A stretch of 63,484 nt of DNA, filler included, from Reticulomyxa filosa (lineage: Eukaryota > Protista > Foraminifera): NCBI GenBank assembly GCA_000512085.1. It is 19 parts of 19 records of this genome, joined end to end, with 100 filler letters (N's around TTAATTAATTAA, not from the genome) between each part and the next. Parts side by side here need not be neighbours in the genome. Positions count along the whole stretch, not along the records: positions 36,254 to 40,355 come from ASPP01006935.1; positions 40,456 to 41,530 come from ASPP01033532.1; positions 41,631 to 43,343 come from ASPP01020909.1; positions 43,444 to 45,757 come from ASPP01004356.1; positions 45,858 to 47,163 come from ASPP01020663.1; positions 47,264 to 50,698 come from ASPP01024523.1; positions 50,799 to 54,719 come from ASPP01021302.1; 12 more parts are not named here. One strand, written 5' to 3'. A program made the position numbers and the translations under genes. Shown in pieces: positions 38,834 through 52,259 of this stretch (position 1 is the first letter of the stretch; each line of letters begins with the position of its first letter). The notes beneath the pieces were generated by a model. That model was not told the DNA's origin, did no database searches, and saw only the letters and a program-made list of their open reading frames with translations.

Positions 38834-40355
38834 TCAGCGAACAATTAATTCATAGCGGAAAGAATCAAATCCTTTGATTGGGTAGTTCTTTTTCCGTTGA
38901 ATTTCTTGAAACCCAATTTTTTGGTATAGCGTGATGCCAACAGTATTTGTAACCAAGACATGCAAACGAAATTTTCTTAAGTTCCATTCTCTTTGACTTT
39001 CTCGAATCATTACATCGATCAACTTCCTCGCGATTCCTTTTCGGCGATGCTCAAAGTCCACGCTTATCCAAAACAGTTCTGTGAATGCATCTCCTACAAA
39101 CTCAAAGAAAGAAGGAAAAAAAGATAGTTTGTCATGTAAGTTCTTTCCTTTTCAGAAACAAAGTTCAATTTATTTTTCTAATAAATGGATTTTGCCCCAA
39201 CTGCCAGTGGTGTTGCGTTTATACATGACAAAAGCGATGGGTTTTCCTTCATCGACAGCAGACGATTCTGGAACAGAGCCACTTGCAGCAACTGACGGCT
39301 CTCCTTTTTGTCTTACCTGCAATGGCACACAAGCTAAAGTACGCCAGTCGTGAAATCGAACACGACAGGTATCTGTTTTTTGGAATAAAAAAAGTCGTCC
39401 ATAAGGCTCGCCGTCACTCCCCATCAGTTCATCTGCCATGATATGGTCTAATTCATCCAAGCGCTCTAAATCGTCGTTGCAGAAGCTGCGAATGCGATAG
39501 CGTTCGTTGGGAGAAAGTTGAAAGTTATGTTCAACATTGAGCACTTTTTTCCAAAAGGGGATATTCGTCGCATTCGCTGCGCCATGGCTTTTGGCTTGGT
39601 GTGAGGTTCTTTGTCTACGCTTTTTACTCAACACATTGGAATTGGACGTCTCAGTCGTGGTCTGCGTGTGCAAATCCATTCGAGATTTGTCATCAGTCAT
39701 TTGAGAAGAGAGCGTAGCCAAGTTCTCTGAGACACCATTGTCGCTATGTTTATTATTATTATCATTATTATCATTATTATGACTCGCATAGGGTTGTGAC
39801 ATGGACAGCAAAGCGCAATGTTCATCTTCATGAACGTGATGTGTTTGCACTCGCAAAGCGTCATCACACTGTTTGCACAAATACACTTGCTTTTGCTGTT
39901 GAGATCCATTCCAATCTACAACCATTGCCGAATCAAACCATTGTTTACATACCAAGTTGTCACATCTGTGCAACATTATTTTTGTTTGTTTGTTTGTTTT
40001 GTTCCGACTGGAAATGGAGTTGACTTGATTCAGCAAAAACATATATGGACAAGCAAGACATAACTCTTGGTGACAAGAACCACAAAACATAGATGGGTTC
40101 CGTTCCGCATCCAAAGAAAAGTCGAAACTTGGAGAAGGTTGAATGAGGGGCAATGACTCTGTCCGCTTTTGTACAAAAAAAGATTTTGTCGCATCGACGG
40201 CGCAAGTGCCTTGCGGATCACTGAGGTCGTTTAGCGGTGACAGTGGTTCACCTCTGTTGTCATCCTTTTCGGAAGTTTTTTCTCTCTCTGTTTTGCTATC
40301 TGTTTCTGCTCTTACTTTTTTTTTTTTTTTTTTTTTGTACATACACGTGTACATG
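38834..40355 (-). CDS. GNAT N-acetyltransferase with N-terminal Cys-rich zinc-binding region (5' partial)
   Basis: ISVDFEHRRKGIARKLI (acetyl-CoA motif A) and LHVLVTNTVGITLYQKIGF (RimI/NAT-like). Upstream CxxC pairs CGSC, CLAC, CDNLVC and CKQC. Intron at about 39095-39195. Confidence 0.8.
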
Positions 40356-40455
40356 NNNNNNNNNNNNNNNNNNNNNNNNNNNNNNNNNNNNNNNNNNNNT
40401 TAATTAATTAANNNNNNNNNNNNNNNNNNNNNNNNNNNNNNNNNNNNNNNNNNNN

Positions 40456-40837
40456 GATTGGATTTTCCAGCAAGATAATGCAACATGGCATAAATCGGAA
40501 AAAATTATGAAATGGTTAAAACAAAAAAATAAAAACAATGAATTTTCCTCCAAATTCACATGATTTAAATCAAATTGAAAATCTTTGGTGTGCAGTAAAG
40601 ACAAAGATTCATAAAAAAGGATCATTTAAATACCACGGAAGAACTTTGGAACCAATTCGAAACAGAATGTGAAAAAATAGAAACATTTGTGAAACCTTAA
40701 TAAAATCGATGCCAAAGAAAATACAGGCAGTTAAAAAAGCCAAAAGAGATTAAACACGTTGGTAAACTTGAATTAAATTTTAAAAAACAAATCTCGTACT
40801 CAATCAACCACAAACAATTTTTTTAAATATCCTACTG
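40456..40837 (+). mobile_element. Tc1-family (DD34E) transposon, 3' end with frameshifted transposase
   Basis: WIFQQDNATWHKS...FPPNSHDLNQIENLW...LIKSMPKKIQAVKKAK. D-to-E spacing is 34 after restoring one base in a poly-A run. The element ends ...CCTACTG|TA. Confidence 0.88.
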
Positions 40838-40990
40838 TATATAGACATTTTTTGATTGTCTGATACCAATAGAAATGGATCTGATCCAGTAAATACCTTC
40901 TTTATTGCCTACAACAAAGTTCCAGGAAAACGATAATCTTTTAGACAAATCAGTAATCAGTAATTAGTAATCAGTTAATCAAATATTCTA

Positions 40991-41530
40991 CAGTTGCGAC
41001 AAAAAAAAATTAGCCACCCCTAAAATATGAACTTTTTGTGTTTGTAAACAAAATTTTAGTAGCAAATTGTGATTATTTTTTCTGGTTTATTGGATATACG
41101 TTTACACTTTTTATAAGTAGTTTGTAAAAAAACAATAAACAAAAATTTATAAAAGTTGTTGTAAGAAAAAAATTTTCAAAAATGATTGGAATTGATGCAA
41201 AATTTCCACAGTAGATATATAATAACTATGTTACAAATAAATAAAAAAAACAAAAAACACCAAGCCAAAGAATAACAATAAAAGCAAAAAACTTGTTGGA
41301 ATGTTAAAAAGAAAAGTTTATATGGAAAATTGTGACACTTCCAATCATTTTTGAAAATTTTTTTCTTACAACAACTTTTATAAATTTTTGTTTATTGTTT
41401 TTTTACAAACTACTTATAAAAAGTGTAAACGTATATCCAATAAACCAGAAAAAATAATCACAATTTGCTACTAAAATTTTGTTTACAAACACAAAAAGTT
41501 CATATTTTAGGGGTGGCTAATTTTTTTTTG
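40991..41530. mobile_element. Foldback MITE with long terminal inverted repeats (Tc1-like terminus)
   Basis: Begins TA|CAGTTGCGACAAAAAAAAATTAGCCACCCC. Segment 41000-41191 is the reverse complement of 41339-41530 (192 bp, no mismatch seen), with a 147-bp spacer. The right terminus is cut by the contig end. Confidence 0.88.
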
Positions 41531-41797
41531 NNNNNNNNNNNNNNNNNNNNNNNNNNNNNNNNNNNNNNNNNNNNTTAATTAATTAANNNNNNNNNNNNNN
41601 NNNNNNNNNNNNNNNNNNNNNNNNNNNNNNAGCATCATTATCATCACCATCGTTGCCATTGTCATTGTCATTGTTATTGTCGTTATTGCGCTTGCCCCTT
41701 TTTTTGTTCTTTCTTTTGTCCTTTTTATTCTTCTTTTTTAGCGAATAGTAATCCTTTTTTTTTTTTTTTTGGATATATGCAGACAAGTTCATTTTTT

Positions 41798-42570
41798 TTA
41801 TACATATAGGTATACTTTTTTTTTTTGTGGCCAAACTTGTGGAAATACTTCCTCGGTCGTGTTCTCCCAAGTTATTTTGCTTGCTAGTGCCCTGTGTTTG
41901 TAGCCATCTATTAATGGGGGCGCACGCTGCTTTTCTTCTACTGTCTGTACGGTTTGTGTTTGTGGTCTCATTGTCATTTTGTTCTTCGTGACTCTTTTAT
42001 TTGAACACATTTTTTTATAAAAAGTGCCAAACGGTGAATCGCACGAACGCATTTTTACTTAGGCCTTTCTTCACTACATCCACAAACTTTAGCTCTAATG
42101 AATCCAACATTGCTCGGATATGATCCGATTTCCAAAAATGTGGAAATCCTCGCAGCAATAAGAGTGCATTCTCTTGTGGCAGGAGTTGATCCATAATGGT
42201 TAAGAGTTTTTTTGGAGATTTTCTTGCTGTCCCTTTTAAATAAACGTGACTTTTCTCAAGAAATTCCGTAGATATTGACGTGCTCAGTTTTATATCATTT
42301 GTATTTATTTCTACTTTGCCTTTGCGAATACCATTCTGTTTTCTACTATTAACAAACAAATCAAATATACAATTCTTTGAATAATACTGCAATGGCCATG
42401 CAATTAGCAAAAGTTGTAAGAAGCTTTCTAGTTTTTTAACATCCATTTTAATTAGATATAATTTGGACATTTCTCCAAAGTTGTACAATTACATATTAAT
42501 CACCACAGATGGAGTTTTGTGGGTTTTAGAAGCAAACTGTACATACAATGTTTTGATTACATTCATAAGG
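41798..42570 (-). CDS. Putative RRM-containing protein (fragment, possibly degenerate)
   Basis: LLLLRGFP (RNP2-like) and NAFVRF (RNP1-like) in ORF 42015-42488. The frame changes near 42020. Confidence 0.4.
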
Positions 42571-43308
42571 GCCTGTGTTATTCAATGGACAAAAACTAAT
42601 TACACTTTTAAAGGACGCTAAGACGAACGTTCGGCGTTACTTTTCGACTAAAAGGGGCAATAATTGTAATCAGAAAAAGTTTAACTATGCAACGGTGCAA
42701 AAGTATTTTTACGCCCAAAAGATATAGATATCACACAGAAAATCTTTCAATTTCACTTCAATATACAAAAAGAATTGTGAGAGGCCTGGCAAATGTTCCC
42801 TCAAAGAGCGAAGGGTTCACCTCAAAAAAAAAATCAACTTATTGGGCTCTAAAACAGCACCAAAAGAGAAAAGCAGAAAAAGTTTCAATAACAGAGCAAA
42901 AAACGGCCAGTATTGAGCAAAAAAAACTTCTTCCAGACACAACAGAGGAAAGAACTGGTTTGGGCTCGATAGACGCCCGTACTTTCAGTTGATCAATATT
43001 TGCAAAAAAAAAAAAAACATAAAACATACATATTCAAATATTTAAAAAAAAAAACAAAAAACAAATGTGGATTACACAAATAGTAAATTGCGACGGGAAG
43101 ATATTTAAATTGATCTTATTGATTGACAAAGGGTTGAGTGACGATACGCTCGGTGTTGATGAACGCATACGTGAACGCTTTTCTGTTGTCTAGTGTGTAT
43201 GTTTTGGCAAGTTGTCCTCTATAGCTATACGTATGGGTTGCATACATGGCACTTCCTTTGGATTTTTGTTACAAACAACTTGCAATGAGGGAGCACCATA
43301 GACGTATA

Positions 43309-43343
<35 letters not shown>

Positions 43344-43443
43344 NNNNNNNNNNNNNNNNNNNNNNNNNNNNNNNNNNNNNNNNNNNNTTAATTAATTAAN
43401 NNNNNNNNNNNNNNNNNNNNNNNNNNNNNNNNNNNNNNNNNNN

Positions 43444-44246
43444 TTTTGAAAAGTATGCATGCTTGATTATGAAATCGTTGGGCTCTCTCCGAAAGCGACG
43501 TGGCCTCCATCGCCGTGTTTGATGACATTTTCATGGTGTTGTGGGGCTTTTTACTGGGGATTTGGATTGGCCACTGTTGTCAGGACCGGTTTGTTTAATT
43601 ATATACACATATGTATACATATATTTGTATATGTGTACATATAATAATGTGCAAGTTTGTGACTTCACTTTTTACGTAACCCGTATTATATATCTTTGGA
43701 AAAAAAAAAAAGAAAGATACATTGGTGAGAGTGACATTTCAGGGATTGAAAATGTCGATATTGTCCTCATTTCTAATAATTTGTTCCACTTGTGCTGTCT
43801 ATTTTAGTCGTGATTGGATTGCCGGCATTTATACCGACGTCAGACACCTTCTGTCCAACGTGTTGCCCTGCGTGAGTCTGTGCTTTATGATAGGCGGAAT
43901 GACATGTTCGGGCTCGATCGTGTTGGAAAAGGACTCTCACGAAACACTCACGCACTCGTCGCCACTGTCCTCAGCATTTGGGGGACTCTACTTCCCTTTG
44001 ACGATATACTTTGCCTTTTATGCGTCTGCCCATATTCGAAATAGCCTTACCTTCTCTCCTGTCGGAATCATTTGGATGGTCGGGGTCACCTCACATCTTG
44101 TAATGGCCATTGGCAATTGGGGATGCATTCTTAGAACCGATTGGGAAGAAGAAGTTAAGAGTGCCAAAAATCGGAGTGTGAGGTTTTGTTGGGGGAAGAA
44201 GATAAAGAAAAGTGGATTTCGAGTCGTCGAACACGACCAGTATTAA
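43444..44246 (+). CDS. MATE-family efflux transporter, C-terminal half
   Basis: WGFGLATVVRTG (G...A..VR.G motif), RDWIAGIYTD, several TM helices and the terminal LRTDWEEEVKSAKNR typical of eukaryotic MATEs. Confidence 0.8.
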
Positions 44247-44758
44247 TGCGGGTCAATCAAAAGATAACAAAGAAGATATCACACAGTCATTGACTCACAA
44301 AAAGTCTATTGATTTGACTCGATCTTTAATAGAAAGCGAAATGACCCTTGAACAAGAATTGACTCTATTTCACTTGAGGAAATGTCACATTGTGGATATT
44401 TGTGTCATACAATCTTTACGTTTCGTCTGCTATGAGGTCTTGCTTTTCTTCTTAAGAAATTCCCCCCTAGATGACCTTCAATCTGTTTTCATTGAACGTG
44501 GTAATCTCTTACTTCATTTTTTTCTATCTCTTTTTTTTTCCCACATGTTTCTTTCATTGATCGTTGAGTTGCTTAATGTGCCCTGCTTTTTTTGGAAAGA
44601 AAATTGTCTTTTCTGCTTTGTTTACAAGAGAAGATCTTTTTAAAACAAGGCAATTGCTTTTTCTTATTGAATGTTTTATATATTATCAAAGCTAACCAAA
44701 AAACAGGGGCTTTGAAAGTCTGAAAAAAATCCTGAACTTTTTTAATATCAATAAAGCA

Positions 44759-45620
44759 ATGCTAAAAACAGATAACAGTGAAACCATTTATTTCTACGAT
44801 GTCTCTTTTACGCTTACTGTATACCTTTTGCTTTCTTGGTGTTTCTTGTCGGACGCAAACCACAACATGTGGTAGGGGCTGTTGCTAGGCACTAGTTAAG
44901 GACAAAGAGGAGAGAATAAGAGAAAGTAAACAAAAAACCACGAAGCAGCGTCAAGTTTGAACAAACAGACATATCAACAAACTGAAACTGAAGTATGGCA
45001 TTTTACCTATGCGCAATAATGGTGAACTGTGTATTGTAGAAATTGTTACTATTTTTACAAAGCTCGTTGACAATGTTTATTTTAATTGGAGTGTTGGTAA
45101 TCGAGGGGATAAGGCCAATCTACTATTGCCTTTATATAAAATTCCATAGCTCTTTTGGGTCAATATCAACCAATAGAGCACTTTTTCCAATAAATGATCT
45201 GTTTGGGGCCATTTCAAGTGGCTTTGGCTGGAGTTGTTCACATATTGTTATTCTCCAAATCCACTGGCTCTGGCACTTATTTCCAATTTGACAAATGTTC
45301 CATTTCACTGTTATTAGTAAAGCTGTTTACTTAGTCCATCCGATTTTTGTTCAATGATCATCTGTTTAATGGTCACTTTTTTAACGATTTTTACAGTGTA
45401 ATGATGGATCGCAATGGTTTTACATCTGTTTGCTTCTTTGTGGATTTTTTTTTTTGCATACATAATCTAATACTTTCCATTCGTTTGCATTTACAGTATG
45501 TAGTTGCCTTAATAGAAGTTGTTTGTGCATGCTATTTAGTACACAGCTCTCTCCATACGCATTATTCATCACAGCTTTTTGGGAAAATTACTTTATTTAC
45601 ATGCTCTATCATCAAATAGA
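44759..45620 (+). pseudogene. APH-1-like gamma-secretase subunit (frame-disrupted)
   Basis: CLFYAYCIPFAFLVFLVGRKPQHV (TM1), GVLVIEGIRPIYYCLY (E..R...Y of TM3) and GAISSGFGWSCSH (GxxxG-type TM4). Several frameshifts. Confidence 0.55.
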
Positions 45621-48142
45621 TTGCTTTCGAATTTTTTTTTTTGAAACAAACCTGGTTATTTTAAACAGTTGATAGCGTCACTTTTATAAACAAGAAATTC
45701 CATTTGATCAATTAATGTTTATATATTTTTTTGAAATCATTGTGATTTTTAAATAGANNNNNNNNNNNNNNNNNNNNNNNNNNNNNNNNNNNNNNNNNNN
45801 NTTAATTAATTAANNNNNNNNNNNNNNNNNNNNNNNNNNNNNNNNNNNNNNNNNNNNAAAAAAAAAATTCTCTTTGATTGCTCATTCATTCTTTTCAACA
45901 GAGAACTCATTGTCGAATCATTACCACAATTGTTTCTAAACGTTGCCAATGCCACCTTTTCACATTGGACTATTATCTCTGGAATTAGTTTCTTTTTTAG
46001 TGCATCTATGATCACATATCATGTACTAAAGATTGTGTATTGGGTTGGAATTCGTGGCAAAGGCTTAGGCGAACTTTTACTCTAGTGTTTGAGATTTTGT
46101 TTCGTTTTGCTTTTTTTTTTTGGTCTTCTATCCTTTTGTTTTTCTCTTTTGTTGGTTTTTCTTTATCAAGCCAACAATTGTCGTCAGCTGTTTCAAACAG
46201 ATATGAAAATAGAGAAAAAGGGGAAAACAAAAAACAAATGATGACTTGTAATAACATTCTCAACGTTTTCATTTTTTTACCTTTTTCCTTTTTTTGTTCA
46301 TAATCACAATCTCCGTGTTAATTTGTTTGTGATCACCACTAATCAGAAAGGTAAAATTATTTATTACTCGTTTTTCGAAATAACTACAACATAACAAGTA
46401 GTATTGGAATATTGTTATTGAGTCATTTGTTGAAAGGACACTACAAAAAATTGTAGTCCTTGAAAAAAGTGATATTTCTGTACTTTCGTATTACACTTAT
46501 TAATTTCGATGCCACTCTTTTCGAATAGTTTTTCAACAAAACAGAACCGAACTAAATAAAGAAAAAAGGTAACGAGAGGAAAAACGGAAAGAAGTGAAGA
46601 AATTGGCTGGAAAAAAAGGAATTTGGGCTCACTGACAACAGACAATAGGGCCTTGCCCTACATTTCAAATAAAAAATCAAAAGATCGATTACTTTAGATT
46701 TTTGTATATTTTTAAAAGATTTTGAGTAATTCCTGTTCTATCTCTAATTGTACTTTAATTTATATATATATTGCTAAGGTAACTTTATTCTAAAAAGTGA
46801 AACTACTAAAACATACCAAAAAAATCACGGCAAATGGAAAGATAGAGCCGCATAAATTACATTTACCAACAAAAAAGTTTGCAATCAACACAAGAGGGGA
46901 TTAAATGCATAAATATGAATAGATCATGTGTATTTTTCTTTAATGCGATGCTGAAACTTATTTGTAAGGTCCCAAATGAAGCCATATGTTCATTTACCAT
47001 AATTAGTGGAAATTTGCCGATCCAAGCACGTGCTTTTTTTAAAAAGAAAACAAAACAAACAAGAAGAACCAAAGTACGTCATAACTCATGCTAGAAAAAT
47101 AAAACCTTTACATCAAATACAAAATTTTTGAGACATAGAAAGAAGTCAGTCCATAGTGACCCCNNNNNNNNNNNNNNNNNNNNNNNNNNNNNNNNNNNNN
47201 NNNNNNNTTAATTAATTAANNNNNNNNNNNNNNNNNNNNNNNNNNNNNNNNNNNNNNNNNNNNACAATTGACAAAATAGATCAGCAAACATCCTTGTTTT
47301 GTGTTTTATCATCTGTAGTGTGCAAAGTGGAACTAGTCACTTCAAATTTTTTTTGTTCAGAACAGACGCATTTACTTTAACAACAAGAAAATCTGACGTC
47401 TTTCGGTATATGACAGCGATATACAATTCACAATTGTCTAAATTTTGCAAGCTAACAAGATTATAATGATTTGATGACATGTTTTTCGAATATGCTCAAG
47501 CTGCAAATGGATTTTAAAAAGTAGCTTGAACTTGCTGATACAATACATTGCACTTCCGATATAAGACCCTCTTACAAAAAATAAAGATATATCAATATAA
47601 GTATTTTGAAAAAATGAAAGCAATTTACAATAACTTGATCTCATTAACACTGTATTTTCAATTTTGAAACATTTTGATCTTATTTATTGAGAAAATAGTA
47701 TTCAATCGGTGATTGCGATAGTATTGTCAGTGATAAGTATTTGCAAGACTAAGTGATTGTTATTAATATAAATCTATAGAAATAAGTGAACGAGTTAGTA
47801 GAAGAAATTTGTATTATTTTAAACTTTTGTTCGCTTAATTTGTTACTGTACAAGCTATACTTTGGTGAAATTTGTTTTTCAAATAGATGTAACTATAACT
47901 TGATAAACATTTATGTGGTAACTAACTGAATTAATTATTTGAAATTTTATTCCGTACATTTAATTACTCAAGTAGGATAGTTAATCAAATCGAATTTAAA
48001 ATAATTTGCAGAAAAACTTAGTTAAAATCAAATCACGATCAAATGCAATGATAAGATTTATCAAATTAAGTTTCAACAGTATTATCTAAATTTTGTATAA
48101 GTAAATATCAAATGATCTTAATTATATTTATTATATCAAATA

Positions 48143-48270
48143 CGGTGCAATACAAAAGAAAATTAACATATAAAACGGCACCTTATAGTATAATTGATTT
48201 TCTTCACGAAGAAACGACTTCAGACATGTTTTTTTTAATATTTACGAACAGTGGATTTTTAAAATATAAT
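48143..48270 (+). mobile_element. Degenerate Tc1-like TIR copy
   Basis: TA|CGGTG...ATAAAACGGCACCTTATAG..ATTGATTTTCT..TTCAGAC, shared with the copy at 34669. Confidence 0.6.
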
Positions 48271-48422
48271 CTTTATTTTTATTAAATCTTTATAATTACA
48301 ATAAAATTATACATAATTTTTTGCTCAAGTTTTTTAGTGACAAAAAAGATTCACGATTTTTATTTATATAATTATATTGAAACATCACTGTGTAGGCATT
48401 TGCGAGTAATTTTCGATATATC

Positions 48423-49554
48423 ATGGCTTGGTTAGGATTTAGAAGAACAAATCCTTCAATGGTGAAAGGAGCTTTCGAAGGAAGTTTGGTAATAAACCCC
48501 AACGCAAAAAAGCGATCATTGATTTGGCTTCATGGATTGGGAGACACCCCTCATGGTTTTGCAGACATATTTGCGTCACTTGCTAGTTGGCACTTTTTTG
48601 TTATATTTCATTTAGCTTCTACTATCTCCACGTTTATTTGTATATAATATTTTGCGACAACTTTGAAGACTGAATTTATAAATGAGCATCTCACAAAAAG
48701 TAACTCTAATCAAAGTAAGTCTTCAAATCGATTGACTCAATATACTTTCAAACAACAATAATTAATGATAGCCGAGGAACTTCGAATAACACTGTTGCAA
48801 GCACCAATTCGATCAGTAACAATCAACGGAGGAGAAAAAATGCCAGCGTGGTATGACATAGTAAATTTTTCTCCTGTCTCGGAAGATAAAGAGGGGATAC
48901 TGAACAGTACTGAGATTATATTAAAGTCAATCGAAGCTGAAGTTGAACACACAGGTATATTATTACACGCATATCTCTTTTGTGTACATGTATCTTTATT
49001 TTTTTGTTTTTGTTGTCGCTGTTATTATTATCCTTGCACTCGATCTCTTAATTGCTTTTAAATCAAAGGAAACTCAAAACACGTTACAATTGGTGGATTC
49101 AGTCAAGTTGGGTAACTTATTCTGTTTTGAATTTAATAAATTACTCAATCCATTGTTGTTATTGATGATGGTGATGAATTTATTTGTATGGTAGGGAGGA
49201 GCAATGGCTATGCATGTTGGATATAATTTTAATCGACCGTTGAATGGAGTGGTGAGTCTAAGTGCCTATGCTTTGGTTACCAGCAATTTCCCTCAAAAAA
49301 TACATGTAAGCAATCAACAAACACCATGCTTGATTGGACATGGAAAACTTGACCCTGTTGTTCCTTTTCAGTCTGGTGTTGAGAGCATTAAACGGACTTT
49401 GGGAAAAAGTATTAAAAAAATCAAATATTTGACTTATTATGAATTGGGACACGAGGTCAATGAAGAGGAAATTCAACAAGTTATTTCTTTTGCATTAGAC
49501 TCAAATTCTTTCTTTGAAAAAGACTCCAATGCTCCAGCTACAGCCAAATTGTAA
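48423..49554 (+). CDS. Acyl-protein thioesterase / lysophospholipase (APT1/LYPLA-like), spliced
   Basis: LIWLHGLGDT, APIRSVTINGGEKMPAWYDI, GGFSQ|GG (nucleophile motif split by an intron at about 49107-49194), GHGKLDPVVP (Asp) and LGHEV (His). Confidence 0.92.
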
Positions 49555-50798
49555 TAATTATTTATCCTTTTTTTTGAGTGCATTCACTTGTTGTAAACAT
49601 TTTCTTGTTCCACAACTTGGATGAAATACTCTTCCTAAGATGCAATAGTTTAATTGCAACATTACAGATATTTTGCACATATTAATTCATCGTAATTCCA
49701 AAGTTATCGACGCTATATTTGTCGCTAGTTGTTTTGATAAAAGATCGAAATAAAAGTACTTTGAATGCTAGAATTATATTTTTGAAGTATGCCAGTTATA
49801 ACTTGTACCACAACTTTTTACTTGTTTTTTAAATCAAGATTTCAAATTTTTTTCCAATAATGAATTATGAAATGTTAACTTGTTGATGAAAGGAAATACG
49901 TATAAAAATAATAAAAATGTAGGAATTATTCAACTAGTTTATTTTTATGCGACCTAGTCAGATATCTACCCTTGAGGCATTATGAGTTAGTGTACACGTT
50001 AGACATAGCAATGGCTTACAAGACCGTGCGAGATATGAACACGATTTTCTTTTAGTTGACGTTGCCAACGTAAATCATTAGCGTTTGTTTTTGTTTGTGT
50101 TAAACAAAATTATAAAGTACAACACTTCTATTCAACACTTTTCCCAACTGAGAAAAAATTTATGACCAGCCAACAAAACAAAACAGACAGCCCCATGTGT
50201 TGAAGAAAGTCTCAAATTTTGTAGTTTGTTTTAGTCTAAAAACTGTACATAGACAAAAACAATCTCATTTATTTTTTAACAAAAAAATCAATTATCCCCA
50301 AATACTGACGATACTGTCAGCTAGGCTATAACACAAATTCCAATCATATGTATTATTATATGTAAATTTATTTTTTTTAAGTTTAATAAATTTTATTCTC
50401 GAAACACCATTGTCATATACGTCACCAAACAGTATTGTAAGCGCTCTTATTTCTTTTTCATATCCACTATTTTCTTCTTGAGTTGTTGCTCGCAATGCAC
50501 TAATATCTTGCATACCTCCACACAATTTCTCACAGCCTACAAAAATATAGTTGTGTGCTTTAGCATCATTAACACAATGGTGTGCCACCAATCGTGGATA
50601 GTACTCTTTTCATCATTTTCTTCAAGATAAACACAAGCAAACCTACCAGTACTCCACTCGATCACTCCACTTAAGCGTTCCATCAGAGTCATCATTATNN
50701 NNNNNNNNNNNNNNNNNNNNNNNNNNNNNNNNNNNNNNNNNNTTAATTAATTAANNNNNNNNNNNNNNNNNNNNNNNNNNNNNNNNNNNNNNNNNNNN

Positions 50799-50837
<39 letters not shown>

Positions 50838-52259
50838 TCTCAATCCCACATTGCAAACAAACGTATATAACAAAACATACAATCAATACAATGCAATACA
50901 GAGAGAACTATGCACAATATAAACTACAACTTCCCAATCAACCCGACAGCTTTTTCAAACCCAAAGCTGAAGAACCACCCGATCCAAACCTTGAATTTGA
51001 TTCTCCTAGTTTTTATTCTTATTTTTTGTTTTTTGTTGATTGCTAAACAACCCGACACTGTTTAGATGAATAAAGGAGACTGAGTCGGAACTAACGGGGG
51101 AAATCTGAACAATAAAAACATAAAGATATAAAACATGAAAAAAAAAAACAACACAAAATAAAACAAATAATAATAATACAAAACTTTAGCCAATCAAAGC
51201 GAGAGAGATGAAGTTAAATCATCCAAAAGAGAATGGGAAATGGAACAAAAGAACTCCAGGGTCACAGATTCTGTTTCAGTCTCGCATTCCGGGTCAAGAT
51301 TTGAACAAGAATATCCGTCACACAGTGGCATTGAAAAAAATGACTATCTTGCACTTGAAAATCCCATTTCGTTTTCAAGAAGTTCATCTCCGTCAATACC
51401 ACAGTTTGATGAGCCTTATCAAAACGGTTTGCATTTGTTTTATTTTGTTTTTTAAATAGAAAAATATTTTTTCTTTTTTTTAAAAAAAAAAAGAGGTTAA
51501 CGATTTCCTTTTGGATTTTAAGACGTTGAATGATAATCTGAAATTCTCCTGTGTGAAAGATCTGCTAAAAGATGTCGAACACATTGACAATGAAACACTG
51601 AAGCATCTCTATCTTGAGACACAGAAACAACAAAAAAAGCATGAATCTGAAGCATCTGGTAGTGAATTTATGATTTTGTTGATATACTATCAAAACAAAT
51701 TAGAACAACGACAAATCGAATTTCCTGAGTTTGAAGATGTGCATTGAGGGATTTTTAAAAATATACATTTTTTTAAGCGCCTTTTTTTTATTTTTTTATT
51801 GTTTTGATAGGGTATCCCTCTTAAAGTACATATTTTCCATATCTTTTTATCTTTACATTCGTTTTCTCTTTTTTTTCTCCTGTTTTTTATTTGCAAAATG
51901 TTTTTGGAAACACTTTTTATTTACTGGGTTTTGGAAGTGAGATATCATTGTTTTTGCAGCTTTGGAATTCAATCTTGAAGAACTCAAAATAGACATAGTT
52001 TTATTAAAGTAGTTCTGCTGTCATTTTCTGCGAGTGTTGCTTTTGTTTATTTTAAAAAAAGTGTACAGAGAAATTTAAAGAGACGAGGAAATTTGTTCAT
52101 ACACGTACAACTTTCCATAAAGGAGAGTAGGCCACTAGGCTGCGTAAAAATAAAAATCAAGTCTTCTCATAAACAAAATGAAAAGGAATGTCCATTTATC
52201 TCGAAAGACTTTTTTGTTATTTTTATTGTGATGTAAAAGTTATTTTAAATATTACCGAT

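Noticed and set aside
43444-45620. Functional clustering of MATE with APH-1, or of genes on neighbouring pieces
   Set aside because: This is a eukaryotic genome with no shared pathway evident, and adjacency across linkers is artificial.
49940-50090. Slightly GC-richer intergenic stretch with a small hairpin, as a possible ncRNA
   Set aside because: No tRNA, snRNA or snoRNA signature is recognisable; an Rfam scan would be needed.
50292-51747. Short ORFs flanking the linker at 50699
   Set aside because: They are possibly exons of hypothetical genes, but there is no motif support for a call.
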